A stretch of DNA of 40,596 nucleotides from Thermoplasmatota archaeon. Lineage in GTDB: Archaea > Thermoplasmatota > Penumbrarchaeia > Penumbrarchaeales > Penumbrarchaeaceae. Both the position numbers and the translations under genes were made by a program. The notes beneath the pieces were generated by a model. It was given only the letters and a program-made list of their open reading frames with translations. It did not search any database and was not told where the DNA came from. Location of the stretch: assembly GCA_965234725.1 (NCBI GenBank), contig CBDDUX010000050.1, positions 1-40,596 of the forward strand, in the 5' to 3' direction. Shown here in pieces: positions 25,658 to 34,326 of this stretch (its first letter is position 1; each line of letters begins with the position of its first letter).

Positions 25658-27274
25658 ATGAACGATGCATCCCGGGCCAGGTCGGTCCACAGACGCATTA
25701 ATGAGGGGAGCGAACCAACTGAACTCAAGAACGATGTGGAACAAATCCGTGACCCATACCATCAATCCCTGGCCTACCTCCATCTCGCCCTTTCTCCAAA
25801 GGCCGAACCGGCCAAAGGACTGAGATGGCTTGAACTTTCCTTCGATAAAGCCAGGTCCGTAAGACAGGAGTGGAGGAGGAGCGAGCTTATCAAAAGCCTT
25901 CTGAAGAAGACCTCCCAAAGTAACCCTGAAATAAAGGAAAGAGCGGAAGACCTATCGATCAGTATAATCGAAAGGATGGAACCCGGAAGCGGTCTTTCCC
26001 AGGCATTGAGAGGGATCGCTCCATTCATTGAAAAAAGAGGATGGCCAAGACTGCTTGATACAGCTTCGAATAACAGAGGTTTCGAGAACGGGGATATTAA
26101 AGCTGTAATGAGATCGACCCTTGCTGGCAAGGACCGAAAACTTGCATACGAACTGCTTCTCAAGAGGTCCGGTAAGATCAAGGACCCTGAAACAAGGGCC
26201 CATCTGCTCTGGTACCTCCACCTCCAGGCAAGAAAGGTCATGGGTGACAACGCCCCATCTCTTGCCTTGGATCAAGCCTTGGCTGCCCTGAAGGAGTTGG
26301 ATGGGGAGAAAGCAATGATAACATTCTCCTACCTATGCCGGAATTGTGTCTCCACATCGGACCTGGATGAACTTGAAAAGGTATCTGTAATGTTCAAGGA
26401 CCCCCTCCAGAGGATCAAGGCACTTGGAAACCTGTCCACCGCAGCGGACAGAACGAAGGCAACCGAAAAGGCCTCAGGTTTCCTTGACGAGGCAAGGTCA
26501 ATTGTTGATGAGATCGGATCCAATGAATTGAAGGTATCCGCCCTGATGGTCATCGCATCGGGTTCGGCCAGGCTGGGGCATGATCAGATCGCAAGGGAGT
26601 ACTTTGAAAATGCCCTTGAATGTGCTGACAGGGAGATGATGCCGAAGGACAAGATCGAATCCCAGATGATCAAGCATGGTTTGAGGGAAGCCACCTCTGA
26701 AAAAATTGAGAAAGAAAATACACCTGGTGAAGAGAAGGAACGTCATATTCTGGCTCTCTACGATACATATGAGGGGGGACTGAAGCAGGTCCATTCAAGA
26801 GCTGTAGCAAGGGCGGCACCATTGTGCATGGCATTCGATCTGGACCTTGCTTTGATGGGGTTCCCATCTGAGGACCTCGATAGGGTTGTCAAGCTTTCAG
26901 CAACAGAGACCAACATCGGAAAAGGCGGATCATATTTGAGGGAGCTTCACAGTTCTGGCAGGGTACACCTTGTTCACTGTACCATAAAAGAACCACCACA
27001 GGACTGGTCAAGATTGGGGCTTCCCGTTGCAACAACATCCCACCCGGACCATGAAAAAGCAGTCGATCTGATCCGTGCAAAGGAGATCTCCAAGACCGAA
27101 CATCCTTTGGGGCGCATCTGTTTGATCATGGGTCTTGGAAGGAGAGGGCTTCCGGAATCACTGCTTGCTAGCGTCCCCTACCATCTGGAGATCACCGGGG
27201 CCAACATACCGCTTGAAACAGCAACCGCAATGGGAATTCTGGCCTACATGGTTTCCGGGGAGGATAGGATTTGA
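25658..27274 (+). CDS. DUF531 (SPOUT-fold) protein with long N-terminal helical-repeat region
   Basis: C-terminal LYDTY...H.RA.ARAAP.C.AF...LAL.GFP...T.IG.GG.YL...GLG.RGLP...H(L)EITG..I.LETATAMG. The N-terminal ~360 aa look alpha-helical. ORF track start 25586. Confidence 0.85.
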   Translation: MNDASRARSVHRRINEGSEPTELKNDVEQIRDPYHQSLAYLHLALSPKAEPAKGLRWLELSFDKARSVRQEWRRSELIKSLLKKTSQSNPEIKERAEDLSISIIERMEPGSGLSQALRGIAPFIEKRGWPRLLDTASNNRGFENGDIKAVMRSTLAGKDRKLAYELLLKRSGKIKDPETRAHLLWYLHLQARKVMGDNAPSLALDQALAALKELDGEKAMITFSYLCRNCVSTSDLDELEKVSVMFKDPLQRIKALGNLSTAADRTKATEKASGFLDEARSIVDEIGSNELKVSALMVIASGSARLGHDQIAREYFENALECADREMMPKDKIESQMIKHGLREATSEKIEKENTPGEEKERHILALYDTYEGGLKQVHSRAVARAAPLCMAFDLDLALMGFPSEDLDRVVKLSATETNIGKGGSYLRELHSSGRVHLVHCTIKEPPQDWSRLGLPVATTSHPDHEKAVDLIRAKEISKTEHPLGRICLIMGLGRRGLPESLLASVPYHLEITGANIPLETATAMGILAYMVSGEDRI

Positions 27275-28293
27275 AAGGAGCTATCCTACTTCATGGATGG
27301 GGCACGGACAGACATGTCTGGCATAAGCATTGGATGTTGGACAATGAAGCTCCAATGCTGAACCTGCTCCGCAGTTTGGACATAGAACCTGTTGTCCTTG
27401 AGCTCCCGGGCCTCTATCTGGATAGGGACAAGGATTTCAATTGGTATGCCAACTATCTGGGTCATGTCATCCGGGAGAGGGATGATCTGGAGAGTATCGA
27501 TATAATCGGCCATTCCATGGGCGGTATAGTGTCCAGGACATATCTGGGTCTGGATAGCGAAAAATTCAAGGAGGGCCAGATGAGAGTGGAAAGGACGATC
27601 TCTCTTGGAACTCCAAACCACGGTACATCCGTTCCACACTTCAACATCATCTCCAGATTCTTCTCCACAATTGCCGATTTCGTCCTTCCCTGGAAGAACG
27701 GTATGGTCAAGGGGGAGGAGCACAATTACTTCATGACAACACCCTGCTACAGGGATATCCAGCTTGGGTCGGATTTCCTGTTTAAACTAAATTCCAATGG
27801 GATCGATAGCCATGTGGAACAGCATCTGATATGGACCAATGGTGACACCGTTGCTGAACCCCAGCATACCTGTGTCCTTCCAGGGGCATATAACCATCTT
27901 ATTGATCGTGTAATGGTGAACCATTTCAATATGACCTACCGCCAGGAGGTCATGGATACCATCGAGGAGATCTTGAAGGGGGAAAGAGGAGTCAATGGTC
28001 TACAGACCTACCCTTCAAAGAATAGATGCGCTCACCCATCCGGGCATATCTGGCTCCCGGATCCAGGCCTGGGATCCAGAGAATCTCTGAACATATGGAG
28101 ATGCTCCTCCTGTGAAGAGACCATATACTGTCTCGCCCTTCCGCTCCAGCTCTCATGTAGATCCAATGGGAAACTTCCTTCCCTTCATAAGTGGAACCTA
28201 CAGGGGAGGTTCCACAGATACAGGTTCAGATGTTCCCGATGCAAGGAGATCATCTGGTATCCCGATCCCGGAAACGGTGGTATCCATCAATGA
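27271..28293 (+). CDS. alpha/beta hydrolase (lipase/esterase-like) with Cys/His-rich C-terminus
   Basis: LLHGW, GHSMGG nucleophile elbow, LGTPNHG, D..V/A.P and H catalytic candidates; C-terminal CxxC motifs. Confidence 0.88.
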   Translation: MKGAILLHGWGTDRHVWHKHWMLDNEAPMLNLLRSLDIEPVVLELPGLYLDRDKDFNWYANYLGHVIRERDDLESIDIIGHSMGGIVSRTYLGLDSEKFKEGQMRVERTISLGTPNHGTSVPHFNIISRFFSTIADFVLPWKNGMVKGEEHNYFMTTPCYRDIQLGSDFLFKLNSNGIDSHVEQHLIWTNGDTVAEPQHTCVLPGAYNHLIDRVMVNHFNMTYRQEVMDTIEEILKGERGVNGLQTYPSKNRCAHPSGHIWLPDPGLGSRESLNIWRCSSCEETIYCLALPLQLSCRSNGKLPSLHKWNLQGRFHRYRFRCSRCKEIIWYPDPGNGGIHQ

Positions 28294-28350
28294 AAGGGGA
28301 GAATTTTATATGACACTTCCCCGGTTCTCTTTCAGTGTGGAGGCAATTAT

Positions 28351-28803
28351 ATGGAATTCGAAACAATTGACGACGTCTTGGATTTTGCTATTGAAAAGGA
28401 GATAGAAGCTCACGATTTCTACATGGATCTGGCTGAGAAGATGGATCTTCCGGCCATGAAAGCTGTTTTCACCGGGTTCGCCAGGGAGGAAATGGGACAT
28501 AAAGAGAAGCTCGAAATGGCAAAAAAAGGTAGTTTTGAACTTGGACAGGCCAGGAAGGTCGAAGATCTGAAAATCGTTGATTACCTCGTAGATGTGGAAC
28601 CCAGTGATGACATGGACTACCAGGACGCACTGGTCCTTGCCATGAAGAAGGAGAAGGCTGCTTTTAAACTTTACATGGACCTTTCAAATATGGCTGCCGA
28701 TCCCTCAATGGTCGAACTGTTCATCAACATAGCCCAGGAAGAGGCAAAACATAAACTCAGGTTCGAGTTGGAATACGACGACCATGTACTGGAATGGAAC
28801 TGA
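28351..28803 (+). CDS. rubrerythrin/ferritin-like diiron protein
   Basis: AIEKEIEA..FY, EE.GH, A.KKE..A..LY, EEAKH motifs; GGAGG SD. Confidence 0.93.
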   Translation: MEFETIDDVLDFAIEKEIEAHDFYMDLAEKMDLPAMKAVFTGFAREEMGHKEKLEMAKKGSFELGQARKVEDLKIVDYLVDVEPSDDMDYQDALVLAMKKEKAAFKLYMDLSNMAADPSMVELFINIAQEEAKHKLRFELEYDDHVLEWN

Positions 28804-28806
28804 AAC

Positions 28807-29280
28807 TCATCCTTTCCAGGGGCAATCCTGTCTCTGGGGACATGCATCACATCCCTTCCTTCTGGCTGCCAGGGGAAGGTATACATAGGCTACAATGATG
28901 AATATGATGAACAGGACCAGTAAGACCGGATCGAAACTCCTTATCAGGAAGTATACTCCAAATCCGGTTGGTATGAACCATTGTAATGCAACTGAGATTA
29001 TATTCAGTTTGAAAGCTCTCCTGAAATCTCCCTTCCTTTTCTTGAAGAATCTTGAAGAAATCAGTCCGTATCCGCTTGGGCAGGACCTATGGCCGTAGGC
29101 ATTGCATCTGGTACATATGAATGCAAAAAACCAGATCATTCCGGAGGCTGCAATGAGGACGTAGATCAGTCCAAGTAAGATACTGATCTTCAACATCAGA
29201 ATTGTTCCGAGTGAGAGGGTCAGTAGATGGGGGATCGTATCCCATGACCACCTGATTCCGCTCTCTGACAGGTCAACCAC
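28807..29280 (-). CDS. 4-TM membrane protein with two Cys clusters
   Basis: Hydrophobic helices; CTRCNAYGHRSCPSG and CDACPQRQDCPW motifs. Confidence 0.8.
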   Translation of the reverse strand: MVDLSESGIRWSWDTIPHLLTLSLGTILMLKISILLGLIYVLIAASGMIWFFAFICTRCNAYGHRSCPSGYGLISSRFFKKRKGDFRRAFKLNIISVALQWFIPTGFGVYFLIRSFDPVLLVLFIIFIIVAYVYLPLAARRKGCDACPQRQDCPWKG

Positions 29281-30544
29281 TCCCTTTCCTCAGATATAGA
29301 AAGAATACCAATGTCAGGATGGTGAGTATTAAAGGGACCAAGGTCCATACTACAGGATCGATATCCGCATGGACCGGGTCGATCTGATCGTCGGTGGAGC
29401 GAAATCTGAGCACATCGGTATCCGCGGTTGGATAGTTGCAGGCTTTACCACCAGTGACCACCACCGTGTTACCGTTAACCAAGTTGACACCGCACCATTT
29501 TCTTCCGATTATCAGATGCCCGGAATCGACCCAATTCCCAGATGATAGGTCGAATATCTCAATGTTTGAATGGCATCCTCCTGTTTCGCAATTTGAACCT
29601 CCGGCCATAACAAGACATTGACCGCTTACCTCCACCAGACCGTGACCGTGTCTTGGAAAGAGGAGTATACCGAATTCAGACCAAACATCCGTATCAGGAT
29701 CATATACCTCAGCATCGGAACGGTCAGGAGATCCTTGATCGCTGAAACCCCCGCTGACAACAAACCTGCCATCCTCAAGGAGGCAGTATCCCGGATAACC
29801 TCTCCCATGGAGCATGGGGGAGACCTCGGACCAGGACCCGGAATCGATGTCGTATCTGTAAGTGTTTGGACTTGACCTTTTCTCCATCCCATCGTGACCC
29901 CCGGCTACAAGAATATCACCATCTTTCAGTATACAGAGCGCAAAGCGCACCAGAGGGACTGGTAGTGGTGGAAAAGAAACCCATTTTCCTTCTGAAAAGA
30001 CCTCACATGAGGAAAGTGCCCCTGATGTGATGTTCATCCCCCCAAGGACCATCAATCCGAGATCCGGATGGAGCAATTCTGCATGCCAAAATCTGCCTGA
30101 CATCAATGATGGAAATTTGGACCATGATCCTTTTACAGGATCGAAGATCTCGCAGGAATCCAAAGAACGATTGCCCGAACCATTGAAATCACGGATCAGT
30201 GAAGGATAACCTCCGCCGATGAAACCACCGGCGATGACAACACTCCCGTTCTCCAGAAGTGTTGATGTATGCCTCATCCTCGGTATCTCCGTGGGAGCAA
30301 CCTCCATCCAATTTCCCGTGGATGGATCTAGCAACTCGCAGGATGAAAGCGAATCCCTGCCATCAGAGGTCCCACCACAGACCAATACCAGATCTCCTAA
30401 TACTGTCGAGGTATGATTGTATCTGGGTGTAATCATCGGAGAAATGGTTTCAAGCTCACCATATGATCTACTTTCATCAGCAATGGCGAACATGACCGAT
30501 AGGGTCAGAAAACCCAGGATGAGAGAGATATGGAACGCTTTCAT
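29273..30544 (-). CDS. Kelch repeat protein, membrane-anchored
   Basis: Signal peptide; repeated R..H....L.....V.GG......S.E..DP....W units; C-terminal TM. Confidence 0.9.
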   Translation of the reverse strand: MKAFHISLILGFLTLSVMFAIADESRSYGELETISPMITPRYNHTSTVLGDLVLVCGGTSDGRDSLSSCELLDPSTGNWMEVAPTEIPRMRHTSTLLENGSVVIAGGFIGGGYPSLIRDFNGSGNRSLDSCEIFDPVKGSWSKFPSLMSGRFWHAELLHPDLGLMVLGGMNITSGALSSCEVFSEGKWVSFPPLPVPLVRFALCILKDGDILVAGGHDGMEKRSSPNTYRYDIDSGSWSEVSPMLHGRGYPGYCLLEDGRFVVSGGFSDQGSPDRSDAEVYDPDTDVWSEFGILLFPRHGHGLVEVSGQCLVMAGGSNCETGGCHSNIEIFDLSSGNWVDSGHLIIGRKWCGVNLVNGNTVVVTGGKACNYPTADTDVLRFRSTDDQIDPVHADIDPVVWTLVPLILTILTLVFFLYLRKGSG

Positions 30545-30555
30545 CGATCTTACCT

Positions 30556-33531
30556 TCAGCGGTGGTATTTACCGCATTTCTCACAGTAATGCTTATTGAA
30601 ATCAACTTTGAATTCCATAGATGCTCCGCAATCCGGACAGATATCGGAACCTTCTTCATCGGCGTCATTCTCATTCTTTTTTGTAAGGACAATGAAGGCC
30701 ACCACACCCCCTGCCACCACCAACACGAAGATTATCGGAAGGACCACAGGCCACGGGCCGTTATCATCCTTGCTGGTATTGTTTTCATCATCGTCAACGG
30801 TTAGGTCATCGTCGCCATCGTCATCATCATCGTCATCTGTGGGGCCAGGACCATTATCTTTTTCCAAGCGTGGGATCGGACCGTCCGAATATAGGATCGA
30901 TCCGTCTTCTTTGACAGTGATATTGAGCGGTCCAAGGATCACTTCACCATCCTTCAACAGTTCGATTGTATAAGGTCCCGGAAGTAATCCAGAGAACGAG
31001 GACGTCCCATCAGAGATCACTACTCCCAGAAGCGGGTTCCCTTCTGAAGGGTATAATCTCAGCTGGGTGCTGGCTACCGGTGTATTATCAGTATAGAGGA
31101 AGGGACCTAACTTGATGTCAACAAGTACAACCGGTTTCTCGGAGACCGTTACTATGACCTCATCCTCGGGGCTCCATGCTCCCTCATTGTCGGAAACGGC
31201 CAGGGTAAAGACGTAGATCCCCATGAGTGTTGGAATGAAGGAGGGGGTTGCGGTCAATTTCTCTGAAAGCTCGATCTCATGGGATGTGCAGGTCCAGTTG
31301 TAATGGACTATCTGACCGTTCGGATCAAGACTTCCGCTCCCGTTAAGAACCACCGAGTCCAATACAAAGGCTTCGAGGTCACCTCCAGCATCCGCGACCG
31401 GTCTAATATTGATATAGGGTTCAACGGACAGGACCTCGAGAGTATCAGGATTTGACCAGGTATGATTGGAATCCTCCACTCTGAGAGAAACCACGTATAT
31501 GCCATCTTCCTCCGCTTCAAAGAATGCAAATGATGTGTTCTGACCAGTGAACGTCACCGAGTGGCTCGTACAGATCCAATCAAAGCTGATAATGGTCCCA
31601 TCCGGGTCCATGGAGCCGCTTCCATCGAGATTGATCATATCCCCCCGGAATACTGAAGGATGGCTAACCGCATCGGCTATAGGGGGGAGATTCTCTCCAA
31701 GTATCGTTGCGGTAACGTTCAGCAACCCCATTCCAAGGGACCATGTCATATTATTGTCCATTACTCTCAATGTGAATCTGTATGTCACGGCCTGGGAAGG
31801 AACGAATTCCGGTGTGGAGGTGGTCTGGTCCTTCAAAGATACAGTGTGGCTAGTACATGTCCAGTCATAAGCGGTAATCGTTCCGTCGATATCATATGAC
31901 CCCGTTCCATCCAATACATATGTATCTCCGACATATCCGGATAGGTCCATCCCTGTTCGGGCAATGGGAGGATCATTTGGCTTGGTAACTGTGATGGTTA
32001 TTTCATCCTCATCCGATTCGTTCGACCATTCCTCTCCATCATTTACAGCAAGTGTAACTTTATATGTACCGGGACTGTCAGGAGTGAAGGAAGGTCTGGC
32101 TACATTGTCGCTAGGTGATAGGTGGTTATCATTGATCGCCGAGGACGAAGGGGCAGATGTGAAGTTCCATTCATATTTCAGGATAGAACCTGCCGTGTCA
32201 CCAGAGGGGGCGTCGTCCGGATCGGTCGAGTTCCTTCCATCAAGTCTGACAGTTCCTCCAAGCATCACATGGATATCTGCTCCGGCATGGGGCATGGGTA
32301 GCTGGTTCTCTGGCTGGGGTGTGCTGGTATTTGTAACGATCCAGGCATCAGCTCCGCCTCCCCAGGAACAAGCCACAATATCCAGTTGACCATCTCCGTT
32401 CCAATCTCCGAAATTAGCACCGTATGCATCAGCACCTGAACCAAGGTACAGAGGGGAAGATGAGAAGAGTTCAGCCCATGAGTTCGGCAGATGGTTCATG
32501 TATACCCTGGTCCTGTTCTCACTGCTCCTTGAAGCTATGAGATCCAGGTCTCCGTCCCTGTCAATGTCACCCAATTCGATCTGCGACCAGTCACCTCCAC
32601 TGGAGGGAAGTCCCGAATTGTTGTTGGTCCATGAGAAGGAGGTCCCCCCTATCGAACCGCCTCCATTACCTCCCCATACCTTGATCCCACCGGACCTTGT
32701 TCCGACTACAATATCATTGTAACCATCACCGTTCAGGTCAGCGATCTTGGCCCCGAAAGAGACACTTCCAGCGCTCTTGGTAATGGATGTCCAGGTCCTT
32801 GATGATCCCTGGATGTAGATATACACGTTCGAATTCTGGTAATTGGTGGAAACCATATCGAGGAGACCGTCGCCGTTCAGATCACCTATGCCAACACCAT
32901 CCATCTCGATTCCTGTTGAGGTTGGACTTTTATCAGTCCAGGAGGTTGAGGAACCGGACCCGAACTGGACCTTGACACCACCGTCGTAGGTATAGACAAT
33001 ATCCATGTTGGAATCTCCATCCAGATCTGCGATCTCGGCTTCGGTTGTTGATTTACCAGGTGAAAAAGTATGTGAAAGGGTGAATGAACCCTGTGAATTG
33101 CTCGTGAAGACCTCTACTTTATTTGAACTGGTGGAATACCATTTGGTCTGACTGGGAGCAATGATATCCATGTATCCGTCCTTGTTCACATCCCCTACTC
33201 CCAAGGCACCATAATAATCCCCCGAGGAACCATCCGGAAGACCGGAACCGTATGCGGACCACGTCTTTGCGGAAGGATCGTATTCATAGGCTCTGATACC
33301 CTGGGTCTTCGGATTGTTCCTTCCGGCACCGCCAAGGTAGATCTCATCCTTTCCATCATTGTCGTGATCATATGCCTCTACAGCTGTGAATGATCCACTT
33401 GAAAGGAGTCCGCTGGATCGGTAATCCTTCCCGGTGATTGTTCTTGTCGGTGATCCTTCGCTCGATGCCAGCATGGACAACGATCCTGCCAGCAGGACGA
33501 TCGTCGCTAGTAAGGCGATCCTTCCTTTCAT
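30556..33531 (-). CDS. surface protein: FG-GAP propeller + PKD/Ig-like repeats + TM + cytoplasmic zinc ribbon
   Basis: Signal peptide; D(L/V)N.DG..DI repeats; four N.PP.A.AG...LDG..S.D.DG....Y.W PKD-like units; poly-Asp linker; TM; CPDCG...CEKC. Confidence 0.92.
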   Translation of the reverse strand: MKGRIALLATIVLLAGSLSMLASSEGSPTRTITGKDYRSSGLLSSGSFTAVEAYDHDNDGKDEIYLGGAGRNNPKTQGIRAYEYDPSAKTWSAYGSGLPDGSSGDYYGALGVGDVNKDGYMDIIAPSQTKWYSTSSNKVEVFTSNSQGSFTLSHTFSPGKSTTEAEIADLDGDSNMDIVYTYDGGVKVQFGSGSSTSWTDKSPTSTGIEMDGVGIGDLNGDGLLDMVSTNYQNSNVYIYIQGSSRTWTSITKSAGSVSFGAKIADLNGDGYNDIVVGTRSGGIKVWGGNGGGSIGGTSFSWTNNNSGLPSSGGDWSQIELGDIDRDGDLDLIASRSSENRTRVYMNHLPNSWAELFSSSPLYLGSGADAYGANFGDWNGDGQLDIVACSWGGGADAWIVTNTSTPQPENQLPMPHAGADIHVMLGGTVRLDGRNSTDPDDAPSGDTAGSILKYEWNFTSAPSSSAINDNHLSPSDNVARPSFTPDSPGTYKVTLAVNDGEEWSNESDEDEITITVTKPNDPPIARTGMDLSGYVGDTYVLDGTGSYDIDGTITAYDWTCTSHTVSLKDQTTSTPEFVPSQAVTYRFTLRVMDNNMTWSLGMGLLNVTATILGENLPPIADAVSHPSVFRGDMINLDGSGSMDPDGTIISFDWICTSHSVTFTGQNTSFAFFEAEEDGIYVVSLRVEDSNHTWSNPDTLEVLSVEPYINIRPVADAGGDLEAFVLDSVVLNGSGSLDPNGQIVHYNWTCTSHEIELSEKLTATPSFIPTLMGIYVFTLAVSDNEGAWSPEDEVIVTVSEKPVVLVDIKLGPFLYTDNTPVASTQLRLYPSEGNPLLGVVISDGTSSFSGLLPGPYTIELLKDGEVILGPLNITVKEDGSILYSDGPIPRLEKDNGPGPTDDDDDDDGDDDLTVDDDENNTSKDDNGPWPVVLPIIFVLVVAGGVVAFIVLTKKNENDADEEGSDICPDCGASMEFKVDFNKHYCEKCGKYHR

Positions 33532-33715
33532 ACAACTTCCTCCGTGGAATCTATATCGCCAATCCCTGGACCTTTTATAAAAATAGTGGTGGTTGTAATA
33601 TGTTTGATAGGGGAGTCACCGGGGCCAATAAAATTGATCGATCATGTTCATTTTTCGAACGTGTGACTGATATTATCGGGGTCCTCCTAAAATATCCAGC
33701 GTTGGTTAACCTGCT

Positions 33716-34309
33716 ATGGATGACCTCCCGTTCTACATGCAGTCCTACGGATTCTCCTGCGGACCTGCTGCCTTGATGATGGTGATGAAAGGAGTAAGAG
33801 AGGATCTGGTCCTTGACAGGGACCTCGAGCTGGACATCTGGAGGGATGCAACCCTGATGGAATCCAAGGCCACATCATCCTTCGGATTGGCCTTAGCGGC
33901 GAGGAGAAGAGGTTTCGATGTAAAGGTCAGGACCGATTCGGATCAAATCGGGTTCACTTCCAGGCTGAAGAACCATTTCCCAAGGATCAATGTGGAGTTC
34001 ATGGAGATGCTCTTCGATCATACAAGGGACAAAGCACTGAAAGAGGGAGTCGTCTGGGATAAGGAAAAGGTTGAGATCGAAGATATCAAAAAGGAGATCG
34101 ATGAGGGCAGGTTCCCGATAGTGCTGATATCATCGAAGATGATGAGGGAGCTTGTGGGAATACCTCACTGGGTGGTTGTCGTCGGATATGATGAAAGATA
34201 TTTCTGGATAAACAATCCTGAAACTGCCAGGAAAGAGAGGTATACCAGGAAGAGGTTTGAAAAATACCTAGGATTCACCGGTTACAGATGCATGATAGTT
34301 GTGATCTGA
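33716..34309 (+). CDS. peptidase C39-like (DUF3335-type) cysteine protease
   Basis: Q...FSCGPAALMM, ELDIWRDAT, GLALAA.RRGF, PHWVVVVG.D motifs. Confidence 0.85.
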   Translation: MDDLPFYMQSYGFSCGPAALMMVMKGVREDLVLDRDLELDIWRDATLMESKATSSFGLALAARRRGFDVKVRTDSDQIGFTSRLKNHFPRINVEFMEMLFDHTRDKALKEGVVWDKEKVEIEDIKKEIDEGRFPIVLISSKMMRELVGIPHWVVVVGYDERYFWINNPETARKERYTRKRFEKYLGFTGYRCMIVVI

Positions 34310-34326
34310 ATTGATCTTGAAATGGA

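Noticed and set aside
30784-30838. (tca/tcg)n low-complexity repeat
   Set aside because: It encodes the poly-Asp linker of the surface protein and is not an independent repeat element.
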